Source of the DNA: a virus
Lineage: Duplodnaviria > Caudoviricetes
DNA length: 33,310 bases
Direction: 5' to 3' (one strand)
IMG/VR virus record: IMGVR_UViG_3300027835_000015
Coordinates: 1-33,310 of that record
Shown here: positions 8,709-18,374 of the stretch, piece by piece
Numbering within the stretch: position 1 is the stretch's first letter
How the letters are laid out: each line of letters begins with the position of its first letter
Position numbers and translations under genes: made by a program
Notes under the pieces: generated by a model
Database searches by the model: none
What the model saw: the letters and a program-made list of their open reading frames with translations, nothing else
What the model was told of the DNA's origin: nothing

Positions 8709-8755
8709 GCGGCAGTTCAGGTGCCTGAATCACTTGACTGCCGCTTTTTATTTTT
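8709..8755 (+). terminator. Intrinsic terminator/attenuator upstream of the structural genes
   Basis: GCGGCAGT-T-CAGGTG / CACTTG-ACTGCCGC stem followed by TTTTTATTTTT. Confidence 0.7.
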
Positions 8756-8777
8756 AATGAAACATCGAGGCAATTAA

Positions 8778-9992
8778 ATGCAAAAAGTTTTTAAATTTAT
8801 AAATTTTTTATTTTTATTTTTTGCCATTATTCAATTTAATTCATCGAGTGTATTTGCTCAACCAATTAGTGACGTACCTGCACAAGAGATCACCCCGTTG
8901 CTTGACAATAAAGCAGAAGTTTCTCAGGAGAATGTTAAGTTTACGAAATGGGAAAATGATAAAAGTTCATACTTCCAGATTCAATCTCCAATCGGAACGG
9001 AATTAACAGAATCTGTAGATGGAAAACTCAAGCAGGACGATTCTGACAAAGAAGTCATCATTTACGAATTGCCGCCAGCTCCCCAGATGGAACATGGTGG
9101 TATTGAATATGAAATAATTCTCAAAAATAAACCTTCGGTTAATTCCATATCGCTTCAAATCAGTAAAGGCAATCTTGTTTTTTATTATCAAAACGCTCCG
9201 TCCGACGATGAAAAAAAGCATGGCGATTTTATGCCAGACAATGTAATCGGTAGTTATGCTGTTTATCATGCGACTAAAGTTGGTAACGAATATAAAAATG
9301 GCAAAGCCTTTCATATCTACAGGCCCAAAGCAATCGACTCAAACGGAAAAGAAGTGTGGTGTTCTTATAATGAAGATCTCAATGAAACCTCCGTTTTAAT
9401 TATTACCTGCCCTCAAGATTTTATCGACGAAGCTCAATATCCAGTCGTTATTGATCCAACATTTGGTGATACAGATGGCGGCGCGAGTTCTGATTGTGCT
9501 TTTGCAACAACAGGAACTAAGGCGACTTTATCTGAAGCAGGAGATGTTTCGGCCGTAAGTATTTCTTATTCTTCGGTACCGACAACAAGTAAGTGGACAG
9601 GTGCGATTTGGAATGATAGTTCCGGACCCGCTTCAAAAGCAGTGCAGGGCGATCAACAAAATTTTCAGAGTAGTATTTCCTCTTGCTCTTCCGCAACATA
9701 TTTGACTTCGAATGTTAGCCCGACGGTGAATTTGAGTTCTGGAAATTATTGGATAGGTGGGACGAAAAACGATACCACATTTGATGTATGCGCCTGTAAG
9801 GATGATTCAACACCCGTCGATTCATACGAATTGGAATCTCAGTTAACAGTTCCGGATCCTTTTGGTTCTGGTGTTTTAAAGAGCGGAAGACGTTATTCGG
9901 TTTACGTAACATACACGGCTTCAGGTGGATCGCCCGACAGTTATTCTGGTCGAGGAGTTGGCCGTGGAATAGGGAGAGGAATATTACGATGA
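8778..9992 (+). CDS. Signal-peptide-bearing beta-rich protein of unknown function
   Basis: N-terminal MQKVFK-hydrophobic-SVFA signal-like sequence, YPVVIDPTFG motif, Ser/Thr-rich C-terminal domain ending GRGVGRGIGRGILR. Confidence 0.75.
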   Translation: MQKVFKFINFLFLFFAIIQFNSSSVFAQPISDVPAQEITPLLDNKAEVSQENVKFTKWENDKSSYFQIQSPIGTELTESVDGKLKQDDSDKEVIIYELPPAPQMEHGGIEYEIILKNKPSVNSISLQISKGNLVFYYQNAPSDDEKKHGDFMPDNVIGSYAVYHATKVGNEYKNGKAFHIYRPKAIDSNGKEVWCSYNEDLNETSVLIITCPQDFIDEAQYPVVIDPTFGDTDGGASSDCAFATTGTKATLSEAGDVSAVSISYSSVPTTSKWTGAIWNDSSGPASKAVQGDQQNFQSSISSCSSATYLTSNVSPTVNLSSGNYWIGGTKNDTTFDVCACKDDSTPVDSYELESQLTVPDPFGSGVLKSGRRYSVYVTYTASGGSPDSYSGRGVGRGIGRGILR

Positions 9993-12958
9993 TACTACGC
10001 GCAATAAGAACAGTTTTATTTTTGATGCTAATTTTAAATTGCAGTATGGCTCAGGCTCTTGAAATCGTCAGACAAAAAAATGTGGCCACAAAAATTGTTT
10101 TCCCTCTTTCCGATGCTGATGGCGATACGGTGACAGGAGCGGCTGGGTTAGATAGCGAGGAAACTCATTGGGGTGATGGGACAACACCAACTTCATATGC
10201 TGATTTGACCAACGAAGCCACAGAAATCGGCACTACAGGAATTTATTATTTGAGTCTTACCTCGGGGGAAATGAATCAGGATTATGTTGCGATTCAAGTC
10301 AAAACAAGCACGACTGGAGCGAAGACCCAACATATTTTAATCAGGACAATCGCTGGGGATCCAAAAGCCGCGGCCACGGTTACGACTGCAGGCAATTCGA
10401 TTGATGTTGCCTCTACTGGTGAAGTTGGTCTCGATTTTTCAAATATTAAGGATGCAGGATCAACGCACACTTTAACTAATATCACTGTCCCGACGGTGAC
10501 AGACGTCACAAACGCCGTAGGTGTCAAGACCGGAACTGGCGCAAATCAATTGGACGTCACAAGCGGCCGCATTAAAGCAGATACGGTTTATTGGAATGCT
10601 TCGGCTGTGGCTACGCCGGACACCGCAGGTTATCCAAAGGTAACTCATAAAACAGGGACGGGAACGGGTGAAATTAGTTTATCTTCCGGAGCGGTAACCG
10701 TTGGAACGAATAATGACAAAACGGGATATACGGCCTCGACAGTAAGCGATAAAACCGGATATTCATTAACGCAAACTTTCCCGACTAATTTCTCATCATT
10801 ATCGATTGATGCCAGCGGAAGAGTTACACCGATTCCTGCTGAATCAATGATTATGGATAGTGGAACAGCGCAGGCGGGAGCATCGGGAAGCATTACGCTT
10901 AAATCTGGATCATCTTCCACGGATGATTTGTACAAAGGACTTATCGTCAAGATTTATGGCGGCACCGGCGTCGGACAATCTCGGACGATTACTGGATACA
11001 CCGGTTCTACAAAAGTCGCAACAGTCGCATGGAATTGGACAACTAATCCAGATTCAAGTTCTACGTATGCGCTTATAGTTTCAGGAAATCCATCGATCAA
11101 TAGCAGTCTGCAGGTTTCAACTACGGCTAGTGACCCATGGGCAACCGCATTACCCGGATCATACGGAGCAGGAACAGCCGGCAATATTCTTGGTAATAAT
11201 TTGAATGCGACTGTATCTTCGAGATTAGCGTCGAGTTCTGTGCCAACGAACTTTAGTTCAATGTCGATTGATTCCAATGGTCGCGTTGATATCAGCAAAT
11301 GGTTAGGTTCAGCAGTTAACTCTTTAATTTCTGGCCGTGTTGATTCAAACGCTCAGATCGTCGGAGATAAAACTGGATATTCATTAACGCAAACTTTCCC
11401 AACTAACTTTTCAACTCTTTCAATTGATGGAAGCGGCAGGATCGATCTTGGTAAATGGATAGGCACGGCTCCGAATGCGTTAATTTCTGGTCGTGTGGAT
11501 TCTAATGCTCAAGTCGTTGGCGATAAAACAGGATATTCATTAACACAAACCTTCCCGACTAATTTTTCGTCGTTATCGATTGATGCCAGCGGAAGAGTCA
11601 CACCGATTCCTGCTGAATCAATAATTTGGGATAGCGGAACAGCGCAGGCGGGAGCATCGGGAAGCATTACGCTTAAATCTGGATCATCTTCCACGGATGA
11701 TTTGTACAAAGGGCTCATCGTCAAAATTTATGGCGGTACTGGCGCCGGCCAATCTCGGACGATTACTGGATATACGGGTTCCACAAAAGTTGCAACGGTC
11801 GCATGGAATTGGATAACTAATCCGGATTCAAGTTCTTCGTATGCGCTTGTTGTTTCAGGTAATCCATCGATTAACAGCAGTCTGCAGGTTTCGACGACGG
11901 CCAGCGACCCATGGGCAACAGCGTTACCGGGTTCTTATGGTGCTGGCACTGCGGGAAAAATTCTTGGAGATAATTTAAACGCAACAGTTTCTTCGAGATT
12001 GGCGTCGAGTTCTGTGCCAACGAACTTTAGTTCAATGTCGATTGACTCCAATGGCCGCGTTGATGTCAGCAAATGGTTAGGTTCGGCAGTCAACTCTTTA
12101 ATTTCTGGGCGGGTTGATTCAAACGCTCAGATCGTCGGAGATAAAACCGGATATTCATTAACGCAAACTTTCCCAACTAACTTTTCAACTCTTTCAATTG
12201 ATGGAAGCGGCAGGATCGATCTTGGCAAATGGATTGGAACAGCTCCAAATGCGTTGATCTCCGGTCGCGTTGATTCTAATGCTCAGATTGTTGGAGATAA
12301 AACCGGATATTCGTTGACACAATCTTTCCCGACGAATTTTTCATCGTTAGCTATTACCGGTGGCGGTGCGGTTACGGTTGGGACCAATAATGATAAAACT
12401 GGTTATGCATTAACGTCGGGAGAAGAAGACGCAATCGTCGACAAAGTATGGGATGAATTAAGAAGTGGTCATACGACAAGCGGAACATTTGGTCAGGGCG
12501 TTGCTTCTGTTCAAGGTAATGTGACCGGAAGTGTGGCCAGTGTCACGGCGGGTGTGACGGTTTCCACAAACAACGATAAAACCGGATATCGTTTAAGCGC
12601 CACAGGTATTGACGATGTTTGGGATGAAGTTCAAAGCGGACACACCACATCCGGAACTTTTGGGAAGTATTTGGATGCTCAGGTGTCGAGTATTAGTGGT
12701 GGGAGTTGTCCAACAGCGTCGGCAATCGCTGATCAAGTTTGGGATGAAACAATGTCTGATCATTTAGTATCAGGATCAACGGGCAATAAATTAAACTCGG
12801 CCGGCAATGCCAGCGATCCTTGGAGTACATCGTTGCCCGGTTCCTATGGATCCGGCACAGCGGGAAAAATTATGTCCGACGTTAATAACGCGACCAACGG
12901 AGTTAAGGAGGGATCGAGTTATACCGGAATTGAAAACATGATAAGGGCACAACGGTGA
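9989..12958 (+). CDS. Signal-peptide-bearing repetitive fibre/adhesin-like protein (989 aa)
   Basis: Signal-like N-terminus ending AQA; Ser/Thr/Gly-rich; repeats DKTGYSLTQTFPTNFS, DPWATALPGSYGAGTAG and VWDE...GHTTSGTFG. Confidence 0.75.
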   Translation: MILRAIRTVLFLMLILNCSMAQALEIVRQKNVATKIVFPLSDADGDTVTGAAGLDSEETHWGDGTTPTSYADLTNEATEIGTTGIYYLSLTSGEMNQDYVAIQVKTSTTGAKTQHILIRTIAGDPKAAATVTTAGNSIDVASTGEVGLDFSNIKDAGSTHTLTNITVPTVTDVTNAVGVKTGTGANQLDVTSGRIKADTVYWNASAVATPDTAGYPKVTHKTGTGTGEISLSSGAVTVGTNNDKTGYTASTVSDKTGYSLTQTFPTNFSSLSIDASGRVTPIPAESMIMDSGTAQAGASGSITLKSGSSSTDDLYKGLIVKIYGGTGVGQSRTITGYTGSTKVATVAWNWTTNPDSSSTYALIVSGNPSINSSLQVSTTASDPWATALPGSYGAGTAGNILGNNLNATVSSRLASSSVPTNFSSMSIDSNGRVDISKWLGSAVNSLISGRVDSNAQIVGDKTGYSLTQTFPTNFSTLSIDGSGRIDLGKWIGTAPNALISGRVDSNAQVVGDKTGYSLTQTFPTNFSSLSIDASGRVTPIPAESIIWDSGTAQAGASGSITLKSGSSSTDDLYKGLIVKIYGGTGAGQSRTITGYTGSTKVATVAWNWITNPDSSSSYALVVSGNPSINSSLQVSTTASDPWATALPGSYGAGTAGKILGDNLNATVSSRLASSSVPTNFSSMSIDSNGRVDVSKWLGSAVNSLISGRVDSNAQIVGDKTGYSLTQTFPTNFSTLSIDGSGRIDLGKWIGTAPNALISGRVDSNAQIVGDKTGYSLTQSFPTNFSSLAITGGGAVTVGTNNDKTGYALTSGEEDAIVDKVWDELRSGHTTSGTFGQGVASVQGNVTGSVASVTAGVTVSTNNDKTGYRLSATGIDDVWDEVQSGHTTSGTFGKYLDAQVSSISGGSCPTASAIADQVWDETMSDHLVSGSTGNKLNSAGNASDPWSTSLPGSYGSGTAGKIMSDVNNATNGVKEGSSYTGIENMIRAQR
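10748..12295 (+). repeat. Two tandem 774-bp (258-aa) repeats, with a partial third unit starting at 12296
   Basis: Unit starts at 10748, 11522 and 12296 (GATAAAACxGGATATTC); internal sub-repeat starts at 11366 and 12140. Confidence 0.92.
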
Positions 12959-13254
12959 GTAATCGCGGATTTAATTACATCTTACTTAACAAAATTTTTA
13001 CATCGGTTTTTTCGATAAAGGAATCCCGAAGCACTGATGTCGTTAAGTACACAATTTATAAAACAAGCGACGGTTCTGTTCTTTCAACGGGCAATGCCGT
13101 TTATTTAGCAGGGATCAATTGGAAGGTAACATTTACGCCGCCCACAATCGATACATACGTTGTGGAGGTTGAGAATACGACGATCGATATTAAATACTGT
13201 GCGGTTTTTCAAGCAGTCGAGGTTGTCTCAATTGCATATGGTGGGAATTCTTAA
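12955..13254 (+). CDS. Small Ig-like/beta-sandwich protein, paralog of the next gene's N-terminus
   Basis: GNAVYLAGINWKVTFTPPTIDTYVVEVENTTID aligns with GNAVFVAGINWKISFTPDTLDVYVVEVSDTTID; the fold is inferred. Confidence 0.7.
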   Translation: MSNRGFNYILLNKIFTSVFSIKESRSTDVVKYTIYKTSDGSVLSTGNAVYLAGINWKVTFTPPTIDTYVVEVENTTIDIKYCAVFQAVEVVSIAYGGNS

Positions 13255-13757
13255 TGGATTACATTCAAGTTAGTCAATCATTTACGGCAGTGATCGATAT
13301 TCCTGAATCGCAAAGTAGCGATTCGGTCACTTATAAAGTTTATAAGGCAAGTACGGGATTTATTTTTGCTCAAGGCAATGCAGTATTTGTGGCTGGGATC
13401 AATTGGAAAATTTCGTTTACGCCAGACACATTGGATGTGTATGTCGTTGAGGTTAGTGACACCACCATCGACGTTGTCTATTCTCAAAATTTTCAATCAA
13501 TTAATAGTGCGGTGTTAACTCAACCGGTCGAAGGTGACACTCCCGCACCAACAGCTAGTGAGCTAATTATTTTAGTCGATAGGGCTATTAAAACGAGGTT
13601 ATTAGGTGGAGCAGTTCAGTCATATTCCATTGGCGGTCGTAATCTTCAATATATGACGCTTTCAGAATTAAGAAGCTTACGCGCTGATTTAAGTAAACAA
13701 ATAGCCGCGCAGAATGGCGGCGGAAGAAATTATGCAAAATTCGTTAATCCGGACTAA
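13254..13757 (+). CDS. gpW-like head-tail adaptor with an extra N-terminal domain
   Basis: C-terminal VDRAIKTRLLGGAVQSYSIGGRNLQYMTLSELRSLR is gpW-like; lies immediately before the portal. Confidence 0.75.
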   Translation: MDYIQVSQSFTAVIDIPESQSSDSVTYKVYKASTGFIFAQGNAVFVAGINWKISFTPDTLDVYVVEVSDTTIDVVYSQNFQSINSAVLTQPVEGDTPAPTASELIILVDRAIKTRLLGGAVQSYSIGGRNLQYMTLSELRSLRADLSKQIAAQNGGGRNYAKFVNPD

Positions 13758-15351
13758 TAAAAAGACTTTTGCGGACAGGGTGGATGATTTTATTGGCGTC
13801 TTTTCACCCCAAGTAGCGGCCAAGCGTAAGTATTTTCGTTTTTTGACAAGGTCACTTTTAGGGTCTTATCGCGGTGCAGATATTGGGCGGTTACGCGGTT
13901 CATGGATCCCGGGCGGCGGATCGGCTGATTCAGATTTACACCCAGACCTTACAAGATTACGGGAACGTAGCCGAGATTTAATCCGTAATGACGGCATTGC
14001 CTCAGGTGCGATCGACACTGTTATCACAAACATTATCGGTTCAGGGATTCGCATGCAAAGCCGCATTGATAAAGACACGCTGGCTATTAATGAGGATGTT
14101 GCCGACAACCTGCAGAAGCAAATCGAAAAAGTTTGGGAACGCTGGGTGCCTTTTGCGGATGCAGGGCAGAGGTTGAGTTTTTATGGATTGGAAGAATTAT
14201 CAGAGCGGCAGAGATTCATTAACGGTGAGTCAATCATCGTGCCGCTTCGAGCATTTAATTCAAAAAAGCGCAGACCATATTCTTTGGTTTTACAAACGAT
14301 TGAATCTGATCGATTAGACACACCGAGTGATTTGATCTTTAACAAAAATATCCGAGCGGGTGTTGAAGTTGGCGAATACGGTGAACCGGTTTCATATTAC
14401 GTTAGAAAAAATCATCCGGGTGATTTTCTATATGGCAGGCGTTACAGCAATTCGAGTGAGAATTTTATTAAGTACCCTGCGCTTAACGACCTAGGCGATC
14501 CGAATATCTTTCATTTATATCATGTGAAGCGTTCAGGTCAGACGCGCGGGGAACCTTTTTTTTCTCCGGTCATGAATATGTTTAAAGATCGCGCGGATTA
14601 TATGGAAGCGGAAATTGTTGCGGCGCGTGTTGCCGCATGTTTTGCCATTTTTATTAAGAAAACTAATTCGTATGAAGTGAGTTTGGCAAGGTCAAAACCG
14701 GAAAACAATAAACGCGTCGAGGAATTAAGTCCGGCGATGATCGAGTATTTAAATGAGAACGAGGAAATCCAGCCGTTTAATCCAAACCGTCCAGGCGGGA
14801 CATTCGGGATATTTATGGAGAGGATTTTGCGCGATATATCCGCTGGGTTAAATATCCCTTATGAAATTTTAGCAAAAGATTTTTCAAGATCGAATTATTC
14901 CAACACGCGTGCGGCATTATTGGAAGCGCGAAGATTTTTTATGATGCAACAGCGGTTTATCGCTGAGAACCTTTGCCAGCATATTTTGGTCATGCTTTTA
15001 GAGGAGGCGTATTTAAAAGGTGAATTGCCAATTTTAGATTTTTATCAAAATCGTGATGCATACGTACGGACCCGATGGATAGCCCCGGGATGGCAGTGGG
15101 TGGATCCAGAAAATGAAGTCAAAGCCTCGACGGAAGCCGTAAATAATAACCTTTCGACTTTAGCAGAGGAAGCGGCCGCGCAGGGGCAAGACTGGGAAGA
15201 AAATTTAGAACAACGCGCACGTGAACTTAAAAAGATCAATGATTTGGAAGATAAATATGACGTTGATATGACAGCGAATGCAGGCAATGTTCCGCCAGTT
15301 GCACCGAACGATAAAAAACCAAAGGTGCAGGATGCACAACAACAAAATTAA
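13714..15351 (+). CDS. Portal protein (lambda family)
   Basis: LRERSRDLIRND, GVEVGEYGEPVSYY, GQTRGEP, NYSNTRAALLE, WQWVDPENE. The start may be ATG 13732. Confidence 0.95.
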   Translation: MAAEEIMQNSLIRTNKKTFADRVDDFIGVFSPQVAAKRKYFRFLTRSLLGSYRGADIGRLRGSWIPGGGSADSDLHPDLTRLRERSRDLIRNDGIASGAIDTVITNIIGSGIRMQSRIDKDTLAINEDVADNLQKQIEKVWERWVPFADAGQRLSFYGLEELSERQRFINGESIIVPLRAFNSKKRRPYSLVLQTIESDRLDTPSDLIFNKNIRAGVEVGEYGEPVSYYVRKNHPGDFLYGRRYSNSSENFIKYPALNDLGDPNIFHLYHVKRSGQTRGEPFFSPVMNMFKDRADYMEAEIVAARVAACFAIFIKKTNSYEVSLARSKPENNKRVEELSPAMIEYLNENEEIQPFNPNRPGGTFGIFMERILRDISAGLNIPYEILAKDFSRSNYSNTRAALLEARRFFMMQQRFIAENLCQHILVMLLEEAYLKGELPILDFYQNRDAYVRTRWIAPGWQWVDPENEVKASTEAVNNNLSTLAEEAAAQGQDWEENLEQRARELKKINDLEDKYDVDMTANAGNVPPVAPNDKKPKVQDAQQQN

Positions 15352-15437
15352 ATTCTTAAAGGTATCGATCAATAAACCATCTTGTATGGAGATGGGCAAA
15401 GAAATTAAGATCGGGATTTTAAAAGAAGAGGACAAAG

Positions 15438-16568
15438 ATGAACGAAATAAAAAACGCTCAAAGAAGGCTTGAGACAGCTTTCGGAATTAAAGAAGGGAAG
15501 TCAGGCATTGACCGCGCTTATGAGGATGACAAATACAAAGGTGTGATTCGGGGTTTCGCTGTCATGACGCAAGGGAATGTCAAAGACATGCGCGGCTGGG
15601 AAATTGACGGAACTACCTTGTCGCAGATTGTCGAGGCAGGAAATAAAAGTCAGCTGGGATTAAAGTCGCGTTTTGGACATCCGAACATGAGCAGTACAGC
15701 TCTCGGCACGTTTACCGGAAGGGCAAAGAATTTTAGAAAAGACGGCGAAATTGCCCGGGCTGATCTTTTTATCAGCAAAACAGCTTATGAAACGCCCGAC
15801 GGTAATATCGCATCATACGTCTTGGATTTAGCTGAAAAGGATCCCGAGGCATTTGGAACATCAGTTGTTCTTGGAGAATTTGACTTGGAATATGCCGATG
15901 AGAAAAAGAATAAAGACGGCAAAGATTTACCGCCAAAACTTCGGGTTAGTTCTTTAATGGCGGTTGATGTGGTCGATGATCCGGCGGCTAATGACGGCAT
16001 GTTTAATAAACACTTTAACGCGAGTGTCGAATTGTCCGCAAAAGCCACCGAGTTTATGAACAAACTTCTCGACAATCCCGACGCCTTGGAATACGTAATT
16101 TCATTCTTGGAGAGGTACAGCGTTAATCGGGTTGACATAAATAACAACATAGAAAGATTAAACCGTAAGGAGGTAGTGATGAGTGAAGTTAAAGAATTAA
16201 CAATCGATGAATTAAAAAAGGATCATCCGGACATGGTTTCAGTTTTACAAAACGAAGCCATTAAAGATGAACGTGTCCGTTGTTCTGCCATCGTTAAGAC
16301 AGCAAATAAAGAGTTTGCTGGGATGGGTATGGATTCTATCGTCGAGGAATCTATTGATAACGGCAAGACAGTGGACGCAAGTTTGGCGGCCATGCGCGGC
16401 AAACGTCTTGAGGATTTAAAACAAAATGCAAACAAGGTGCCCGGTGCTGATCAAGAAGAAGCGGCCAAGAAAAAGAGCCACTTGGAAACAGCCCGCGAGT
16501 ATCAAAAGGAACACAAATGCAGTCTTCAGGAAGCATTGAGTAAAACGGCAGAGCCAAGAGAAAAATAA
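15438..16568 (+). CDS. Prohead protease/scaffold protein
   Basis: Position between portal and capsid; KSRFGHP, GTSVV and VDVVDDPAA motifs; charged helical C-terminus. Confidence 0.7.
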   Translation: MNEIKNAQRRLETAFGIKEGKSGIDRAYEDDKYKGVIRGFAVMTQGNVKDMRGWEIDGTTLSQIVEAGNKSQLGLKSRFGHPNMSSTALGTFTGRAKNFRKDGEIARADLFISKTAYETPDGNIASYVLDLAEKDPEAFGTSVVLGEFDLEYADEKKNKDGKDLPPKLRVSSLMAVDVVDDPAANDGMFNKHFNASVELSAKATEFMNKLLDNPDALEYVISFLERYSVNRVDINNNIERLNRKEVVMSEVKELTIDELKKDHPDMVSVLQNEAIKDERVRCSAIVKTANKEFAGMGMDSIVEESIDNGKTVDASLAAMRGKRLEDLKQNANKVPGADQEEAAKKKSHLETAREYQKEHKCSLQEALSKTAEPREK

Positions 16569-16601
16569 TAATTTAAGTATTTTAAAAATAGGAGGAATGC
16601 A

Positions 16602-17324
16602 ATGTCTCAAGAAAATTTAGGATCAAAAGCATTTATCGCAGGTACGGATTTAGAAGCATACCGTCGTGTAAAACTTTCCAGCGGCAATATCGTTTATGCG
16701 GATGCTGGTGAGGAGTTTATTGGCGTTACAGGGCATAAAGCTGTAAGCGGAGATGCCGTGACGGTTAATTTAAGATCGGCATCACGCACTTACAAAATGG
16801 TTGCCTCGGGTGCCATTACCGCGGGCAATACAATTTACGGTGCTCTTGGCGGTAAAGTTTCAGCTTCAGCGTCGGGTGTTGCTCAAGGCGTTGCTTTGGA
16901 AGCGGCAACCGCAGACGGGGACATTATCGAATGTTTTCAGAACAACGGTGTTGCCGGTGCTATTGACGGGGCTTCGACCGCGATTGGTGATCCCGCAGTT
17001 AACGGTGCTGTTCCTGTTATTTTTGCCAAGCAGGGAATCACGGATGCGAGCACATCTCTAACGATCGTAACTGCGCCTTATAAATTCAGGATTATCGATT
17101 GGTGGATAATCGCGCGCGACACCACAGCGGCTAACGTCAAGTTAGTCAATGTCAGCACCGATGCGTCGGCGGTTAAAGCAAAGGGAACGACCAACGATGC
17201 CATCGTCAGAGGCGGGGATATTATTGCCGCTCAAAAAGATGTGGCCAGTGGCACAGCGTTAAAGGTCAACGCCAGCGGTGCCGCGGCTTTCGATATCTTT
17301 GTTATGGCAATTAAGGTTAGTTAA
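16602..17324 (+). CDS. Capsid cement/decoration protein (DUF2190-like) with C-terminal extension
   Basis: FIAGTDLEAYRRVKL...IGVT...GAITAG...GVALEAATADGDIIE pattern plus ~120 extra residues. Confidence 0.7.
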   Translation: MSQENLGSKAFIAGTDLEAYRRVKLSSGNIVYADAGEEFIGVTGHKAVSGDAVTVNLRSASRTYKMVASGAITAGNTIYGALGGKVSASASGVAQGVALEAATADGDIIECFQNNGVAGAIDGASTAIGDPAVNGAVPVIFAKQGITDASTSLTIVTAPYKFRIIDWWIIARDTTAANVKLVNVSTDASAVKAKGTTNDAIVRGGDIIAAQKDVASGTALKVNASGAAAFDIFVMAIKVS

Positions 17325-17365
17325 AACACACATAATGTCAGTTATCTAAAAATAGGAGGTTTCAA

Positions 17366-18328
17366 ATGGGAGTAGATCAAGTAGGAGTCAGAGCAGTACC
17401 GAGGTTAGATTTGGGCGCGGCCATTGAGGAGTACGTCCAGAATGCCGGTGATTTTATTGGAACGAAAGTGTTTCCAATTTTTAAAACACCGCAGAAGGCG
17501 GCTAACTTCTCCGCAATTACGCGTGAGAGTTTAACGCAAACACCCGATACCAAAAGAGCGGCCAACGGTAAATACAACCGTGGGAGCATTGGGGCAAGGG
17601 ATGTTGCATATAGCTGTGAGGAAAACGGTTTTGAAATGCCGCTCGATGACAGCGAACGCAAGAATTACGCCAAGGACTTCGATGCGGAATTGGCTGTTTC
17701 CAAAGCGGCCATGAATATCGTACTTCGCGGGCAGGAAGCGCGGATTGCTTCAACAGCTATTAATACCAGTGTCTTTACTGGCGCGGCTTTATTGACGGAT
17801 GTTTCTGGATCGAATCCGTGGAGTGATCCAACTAAGGACATCATCAAAACCGTAAGAGATGGCAAAGCAAAGATCAGAACAAATTGTGGTCTGTTGCCAA
17901 ACACTCTTTTGATGAGTTACACGAATCTCAATTTCTGTTTGAACAATAACGCAGTTAAGGACGCCATTAAGTATACCGCCCGTCCGACAGAGGCAGAAAT
18001 TGTCAACGCATTAAAAGATCTGTTTGGAGTGCAGAATGTTTTGGTTGCTAACGCGATCAAGAATAGCGCAAAAGAAGGTCAGGCGTTTTCTGGGGCAGAC
18101 ATCTGGGGTTCAACTTATGTCATGTTGGCTCTCTGTGCTCAAGACGGTCAGGATCCAACGCAACCTTCAATTGGACGTACATTCCTTTGGGCAAATGATA
18201 GTCCAGAAAATGTCATGGTTGAGCAATACCGTGATGAGTCAATTCGTTCGGATGTATTCCGTTCTCGTCAGCACACCGACGAGATATTGCTTGATAAGTA
18301 TTTTGGGCATCTTTTAAAAGTCGTTTAA
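17366..18328 (+). CDS. Major capsid protein
   Basis: 320 aa, strong AGGAGG RBS, position after the cement gene, WSDPTKDII...PNTLLM motif. Confidence 0.85.
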   Translation: MGVDQVGVRAVPRLDLGAAIEEYVQNAGDFIGTKVFPIFKTPQKAANFSAITRESLTQTPDTKRAANGKYNRGSIGARDVAYSCEENGFEMPLDDSERKNYAKDFDAELAVSKAAMNIVLRGQEARIASTAINTSVFTGAALLTDVSGSNPWSDPTKDIIKTVRDGKAKIRTNCGLLPNTLLMSYTNLNFCLNNNAVKDAIKYTARPTEAEIVNALKDLFGVQNVLVANAIKNSAKEGQAFSGADIWGSTYVMLALCAQDGQDPTQPSIGRTFLWANDSPENVMVEQYRDESIRSDVFRSRQHTDEILLDKYFGHLLKVV

Positions 18329-18339
18329 CCATAACGGAG

Positions 18340-18367
18340 TCCCGAGGGCTTTAATCGGCCCTCGGGA
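18340..18367 (+). terminator. Hairpin after the capsid gene (weak terminator or mRNA stabiliser)
   Basis: TCCCGAGGGC/GCCCTCGGGA perfect 10-bp stem, without a long T tract. Confidence 0.5.
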
Positions 18368-18374
18368 TATTGAT

